DNA of 64,000 nucleotides from the human T2T-CHM13v2.0 reference genome, Homo sapiens, in assembly GCF_009914755.1 (NCBI RefSeq), contig NC_060934.1. One strand, written 5' to 3'. The notes beneath the pieces are model-generated. The model was not told the DNA's origin, ran no database searches, and was given only the letters and a program-made list of their open reading frames with translations. Made by a program: the position numbers and the translations under genes. Below, piece after piece: positions 57,663 through 64,000 of this stretch; position 1 is the first letter of the stretch, and each line of letters begins with the position of its first letter.

Positions 57663-57968
57663 GGCTGGGCGCAGTGGCTCATCCTGTAATCCCAGCACTT
57701 TGGGAGGGCAAGGAAGGTGGATCACTTGAGGTCAAGAGTTCAAGACCAGCCTGGTGAACATGGTGAAACCCATCTCTACTAAAAATACACCAATTAGCCA
57801 GGGGTGGTGGCATGCACCTATAATCTCAGTTACTCAGGAGGCTGGGGCAGGAGAATCACTTGAACCCAGGATGTGGAGGCTGCAGTGAGCTGAGATGGTG
57901 CCACTACACTCTAGACTGGGTCACAGAGCGAGACTCCATCTCAACAAAACAAAACAAAAAAAAGGAAA
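57663..57968 (+). mobile_element. AluS
   Basis: Full dimer. Confidence 0.93.
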
Positions 57969-59431
57969 CACGCACATTGAGGCGGAACCTCAGAAACTGC
58001 CTGCAGTCACCAGCACCTGGGATGAGAGGCTTTAGTGACCCATCCCATTACCCACAAAGATTCGATGATTCTATCACTTCAGATCAGGGGAGACCAGAGC
58101 CTCCAATTTTCAGCCTCAACACTGAGACCGCTGGTTGCAGTTCTTTATTCTCCATACAATTCTAATCTATACTATTAGAATTTTACCAAAAGTTTTGTTT
58201 CTGTCAAATTTTAATTCATTACAACTACATTTCCCAATATACAGGGTTCTACAGACTTCAGTGCACATGGTTTCATTCAGTCAAGTTAACCAGGAGGTCA
58301 GAGGGTGCCACTGTGTCTCCCCTGCAGGAATCAGTAGAACACTAAGCTCTGTCCCTCTCTGCTGGTCTAAAGAAAACACTTAAAAAGGTAACCAAAAGTC
58401 AGACCTAGAATGGGATTTAAAAAAACTCAAACCTTCATGCCCAGCACTGATGACTTGAACTGTGCGTTATAACAAAGTCAAGCACAAAATTTACGGTTAT
58501 TCACAATACAGCCTTTTAAAATGGGTCACGTACAACCCTTCCCCAGGCCTATGTGCCCCAAGGAGCTGATTCTCCAAAGACATTTCAATGAGCAATAGAA
58601 AAACACACAAAATGTTTATGGGGAGAGGTCTCATAAACCCAGAGCAAATATTTATAGCTGATTCATAAACCTCTTAAACCCATAAACATTTTATCAAGGA
58701 AATTCTGACAATCTCCCTCCATGTAAATGAACCAGTGGGAAGTATTTCCCCATGATGTCATGAAAACCGACTAGGAAAAGCTACGAAGAAAATTTCACAA
58801 TTTAAAAGAAAACAGTGTTCATTAGCAGCGATCCAGTTTTAGAAAACAGAAAGCTATTTATGAGGCAAGAATATTTCATAAGAAACATAAAAAGAATACC
58901 TCACTATACCTTACTAGAAGCTGGAGTGTAAGTGACGTGAGAGTGAAAAATGGAATAAACAAACGGCCCATACATCTTTGTTTAAGGAATAAAATCTTGG
59001 GTTTGTACAATTTTACAATCTGAAACAAGGCTGACTTTACAAGGCTGAATATTAAAGCCTGTGCCCACTACACCAATAAAGGAACCGGGAATTGGCAGAT
59101 TCAGGGTGAATGCTTACTGAGCACCTTCTTAGATGCTAGATATTTTTTTTAATGTGGAAAGAGACAGAAAGAAGACATTAAGTCTTTCTTCTTGTAAATA
59201 CTGATAGTCATTTAATACTATCCTAAGATTTAGAAATTAGTTCCACCATGAGTATATTCATTGGAAGCATCTGTGCAAACAACTCAGAAAGGAACCGTGG
59301 CCACCTGCCTAGAATCTGAGCTCACAACTGCAGAGCCACCCCACAGGCAGGGACAGTCCTCACGGCACAAAGGTCCTCCTGACTCATCCAACTACCCGAT
59401 GGCCAGAGTTACTCTAGGAGAAAAGAAAAAA

Positions 59432-59432
<1 letters not shown>

Positions 59433-59482
<50 letters not shown>
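59433..59482 (+). repeat. (CA)~25 microsatellite
   Basis: Pure CA run. Confidence 0.97.
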
Positions 59483-59484
<2 letters not shown>

Positions 59485-60119
59485 TTACCTAGCCAGGGGA
59501 AGCCACAGCTATTCAAAGGAGGGTTAAGGAAAAAAGGGAATACCATTGAGTCACACAGGACCAGTTCCCAGCGTGAAGAGTGAGGCCTGAATTTTTCTAA
59601 GAAAAATGTTGATTCCTTTCCTTCCCAAATAGAAGAGCCTGTGGTTCTCCAGTTAATACCAAATGCCAAGAAGAAGAATCAAGCTCACATTTTCAGCATA
59701 ATTCTCTCCACTGAGGCTCACCCTGTCTAAATGTGCAACACCACTTTATCTATAGACTTCATCAGGAAATTTCACGTCGCAAGCCTGTAAAAAGAATGTC
59801 AAGGAATCTACTGAACACTGTGTCAGCATATTGTTCTGCTTGCTTTTATCACAGCAACTGACAACACCTGGAATCCCAGCATTGGAATTTCCGCACACTT
59901 CCTTCTTGGTGTCCCCTGGGATGATGCTGTCTATGGTGTCTGCTGGGGAGGCCACAGATCCTGAGCTATTTCCTCTCCCTGGGCTTATTCTAATCACATA
60001 TTCAGTGTTCCTGGGAGAAAGAGTAATTTTATATTGTGCCTATTTCATTTACAGGACTTGGGTGTCGGTTATTGATCTCAACTGTGATTTGAGCTTTCCT
60101 TAGAAAAAGGTTCCCCCAC

Positions 60120-60399
60120 CCTGTAGTCCCGGCACTTTGGGAGGCTGAGGTGGGCGGATCACGAGGTCAAGAGATCGAGACCATCCTGGCTGACATGGTG
60201 AAACTCCGTCTCTACTAAAAACACAAAAAATTAGCCAGGCGTGGTGGTGGGCACCTGTAATCCCAGCTACTGCGGAGGCTGAGGCAGGAGAATGGCGTGA
60301 ACCCGAGAGGAGGAGCTTAAAGTGAGCGGAGATCACACCACTGCACTGCAGCCTGGGTGACAGAGCAAGACTCTGTCTCAAAAAAAAAAAAAAAAAAAA
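60120..60399 (+). mobile_element. 5-prime-truncated AluY-like
   Basis: Contains gagatcgagaccatcctggctga and ggagaatggcgtgaacccg, with poly(A). Confidence 0.93.
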
Positions 60400-60562
60400 G
60401 GCCCTCCCACAAAAAAAAAAAAAAAAAAAGCCTGGTAATGAGACTGAGGCCAGCTGAAGTCTTCCTTCTTGGGGGCATCACTGCAAGGAATCATAGCCTC
60501 ATAGCATCTCGGGGTGGACAGTGGCAAAAAAAAAAAAAAAACAAACATAAGAGAAAACACCC

Positions 60563-60864
<302 letters not shown>

Positions 60865-60972
60865 GAGAAAACACCCCAAGCGGGTTTGATTTTCCTTTCT
60901 TCGATCCCATAATTTTCTCAAGGAAAAACTTTAGTCACTTGAGTGTAGTCACTTGCGAGGGAGACAGTAACA

Positions 60973-61528
60973 CAGTGGTCCCCAACCTTTTTGGCACCAG
61001 GGACTGGTTTTGTGGAAGACAATTAGGCACCGGTTTTGTAGAAGACAATTTTTCCACAGATACAGGGGATGGGAGGATGGTTTCAGGACAATTCAAGCAC
61101 ATTACATTTATTGTGCACTTTATTTCTATTATTATTACATTGTACTATATAATGAAATAATACTGTAACTCACCATGATATAGAATCAGTGGGAATCCTG
61201 GGCTTGTTTTCCTGCAACTAGACAGTCCCATCTGGGGGTGATGGGAGACAGTGACAGATCATCAGGCATTAGATTCTCATAAGGACCGTGCAACCTAGAT
61301 CCCTGGCACATGCAGTTCACAATAGGGGTCACACTCCTATGAGAATCTAATGCCGCTGCTGATCTGACAGGAGGTGAAGCTCGGGCAGTAATGTGAGCAA
61401 TGGGGAGCAGCTGTCAATACAGATGAAACTCAGCTCCCTCACCTGACACTCACCTCCTGTGGTGCAGCCCAGTTCGTAACAGCCCATGGACCAGTACCAA
61501 TCTGTGGCCGGGGGGTTGGGAACCCCTG
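60973..61528. mobile_element. MER1A (hAT-Charlie), near full length
   Basis: TIRs cagtggtccccaacc and ggttgggaacccctg. Internal inverted pair attagattctcataag / ctatgagaatctaat. Confidence 0.9.
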
Positions 61529-61624
61529 TAGAAATGTGTCACGGGACACAGGGGAGGTGGCACGGGAGGAAAGAGTAGGAAAGAACAACAAAGAATCTAA
61601 GTTGTGTCTGTACCCCCAAAATTT

Positions 61625-62808
61625 TGTGTGGGGGGGGCGGTTGTGTGTGTGGGGGGGAGGTGGGTGTGAATGTGGGGGTGTATGTGAATGGGTGGGAGTG
61701 TGTGTGTGGATGGGTGGATGGATGGGTGTGAGTGTGTGTGTGCATGTGTATGTGGATGGGTGTGTGTGAGTGTATGGATGGGTGGATGATGGGTGTGAGT
61801 GTGGGTGTGAGTGTATGGATGGGTGGATGGATGGGTGGATGGATGGGTGTGAGTGTGGGTGTGTGTGGGTGTATGTGTGGATGGGTGGATGGATGGGTGT
61901 GAGTGTGGGTGTGTGTGGGTGTATGTGTGGATGGGTGATGGATGGGTGTGAGTGTGGGTGTGTGTGGGTGTATGTGTGGATGGGTGGATGGATGGGTGTG
62001 AGTGTGGGTGTGTGTGGGTGTATGTGTGGATGGGTGGATGGATGGGTGTGAGTGTGGGTGTGTGTGGGTGTATGTGTGGATGGGTGTGAGTGTGGGTGTG
62101 TGTGGGTGTATGTGTGGATGGGTGATGGATGGGTGTGAGTGTGGGTGTGTGTGGGTGTATGTGTGGATGGGTGGATGGATGGGTGTGAGTGTGGGTGTGT
62201 GTGGGTGTATGTGTGGATGGGTGATGGATGGGTGTGAGTGTGGGTGTGTGTGGGTGTATGTGTGGATGGGTGGATGGATGGGTGTGAGTGTGGGTGTGTG
62301 TGGGTGTATGTGTGGATGGGTGATGGATGGGTGTGAGTGTGGGTGTGTGTGGGTGTATGTGTGGATGGGTGGATGGATGGGTGTGAGTGTGGGTGTGTGT
62401 GGGTGTATGTGTGGATGGGTGATGGATGGGTGTGAGTGTGGGTGTGTGTGGGTGTATGTGTGGATGGGTGGGTGGATAGATGGGTATGAGTGTGTGGGGG
62501 GGGGTGTATGTATAGATGGGTGGATGGATGGGTGTGAGTGTGTGTGTGTATGGCTGTGGGGTGGGTGTGAGTGTGGGTTGAGTGGATGGATGGGTGGATG
62601 GATGGGTGTGAGTGTGGGTGTGTGTGGGTGTATGTGTGGATGGGTGGATGGTCGGGTGTGTGCATGGGTGTGTGTGGCTGTGGGGTGGGTGTGTGGCTGT
62701 GGGGTGGTGTGAGTGTGGGTGTGTCGCTGTGGGGTGGTGTGAGTGTGGGTGTGTGTGGCTGTGGGGTGGGCGTGAGTGTGGGTGTGAGTGTATGGATGGG
62801 TGGGTAGG
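61625..62808 (+). repeat. ~1.2-kb GT/GGAT-rich minisatellite with 49/50-bp core units
   Basis: Unit gatgggtgtgagtgtgggtgtgtgtgggtgtatgtgtggatgggtg(g)atg, with degenerate flanks. Confidence 0.96.
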
Positions 62809-62939
62809 AGGCTGTTGGGATTTCCTGATGACTCATCTGTGCACTTGAAGGGGCAGGTGCCCCCCAGGGTTTCAGAGCACCAACTCCACAGCCTCACAAT
62901 GCCTGAAATTAAATCTTGCTTCTAACACAGGGCTCAAGT

Positions 62940-63090
62940 CACTTCACCTTGTCGTCCAGTCTCCTCATCTGTGAAAGTGGGGCAATAAAAGCAGCTATGC
63001 CAGTGGGCTGTTGAATGCCAGTGGGCTGTTGAAGGATTAGGTGAATTAACACACGCAAAGAACTTAACATTTTCTGTGCCTGCCACACAG
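62940..63090. mobile_element. MIR fragment
   Basis: caagtcacttcacctt...cagtctcctcatctgtgaaagtgggg...gaaggattaggtga. Confidence 0.7.
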
Positions 63091-64000
63091 TCTGAACTCA
63101 TACACCTATCATCGCGAGTCAGTTCAGAACCAGCTAAAGAACACTGGGTTTGCCTCCTCCTGTACGTGGGATGAGTAAGTCCCATCTGAAAATGCTTCCC
63201 AGGAGAAGACCTTCAGCACTAAGACTCTGCAACAGCCCCAAACCTGTCCCAGCTGGTCCCAGAACCAAATATCTCACCAAGTGATTCCAGGACTGGAAAT
63301 ATTTTGTGGGTTAGCAGATTGGAAAAAATAATAATAAACTACTTGTAGAATCATACTTAATAGTGTGAATGCTCAAAACTAGATTTTAGTAAAAAAAAAA
63401 ATAAGCTACTTGTGGAATGAAAATGCTCAAAACTAGATTTGAGTTTCTCAAGTGAATCCAGCCACTGTCCTCTGCAAAGTCTTAGACTCTGCTTTAAATG
63501 TGTGTCCTCTTTAAAGAGTCTGTATCGTCATCTAAAACTCTCCTCACCGCACAAGTAAATACAGAAATCCCAAGGCGAAAGGACAGATTAGCCACATGGG
63601 GGTGGAGAAAAATCTGAGCCAATATCTGAAAAATGTTAAGATCATTTAGAGCCATTTAGAAATAGTATTTCCATTAAAGATCTGAACATCCTGTATGATT
63701 TAGGCCATCCCCGATGCAAGAGCAAGGAACCAATCACAACATGAGTATACATGGGTTTTCTGCATGGACTCCCCCAGCCAAGGATATAATGATTCTCGCT
63801 CTCACACTTGCCATCCATACAGCCACCCTTAATGAAATGTCGGTACAAATCATTTTCCCGACACCAGATTATCATTAATGAGTTTCAGAAACTACTTAAG
63901 TTAGAGAGATACACTGCAACCGTGTGCACATGAAAAGCCAATACACAGTTGGTGTTTAAACAGTTTCCAAAACATATCATGAGAAATAACTCAGTAATCC

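Noticed and set aside
61439-62897. 465-aa and 452-aa His/Pro/Thr-rich ORFs and the opposite-strand Gly/Val/Trp/Cys ORFs
   Set aside because: They are translations of the GT-rich minisatellite, open in several frames only because the unit lacks stop codons.

Overview
Primate (human-type) genomic DNA inside the Polycomb-group gene SFMBT2, transcribed on the minus strand. The window holds two coding exons, 54054-53960 (95 nt) and 51568-51328 (241 nt), which together encode the first MBT repeat. By my recollection of the gene structure these are exons 3 and 4. About 10 kb of the preceding intron lies to the right, and more than 51 kb of the very long following intron lies to the left. The rest is intronic. 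It contains about 30 Alus, MaLR/ERVL solo LTRs (THE1, MST, MLT1, MLT2), old L1 fragments, DNA-transposon relics (Tigger2a, MER1A, MER20, MER33), microsatellites and three large tandem repeats. No prokaryote-type system, RNA gene or additional protein-coding gene is supported, and the long ORFs in the track are repeat artefacts. The most interesting signals concern RNA processing of SFMBT2: a well-formed alternative terminal exon at about 32.0 kb, recursive-splice-like AG|GTRAG sites in the long intron, a stop-free in-frame exon 3+4 circle, and a tiny L1 stub that supplies a poly(A) signal. Also notable are a 19-bp minisatellite rich in YY1-like and E-box motifs and a 420-bp templated insertion inside an Alu monomer. 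Repeat subfamily calls are by eye and their boundaries are approximate.
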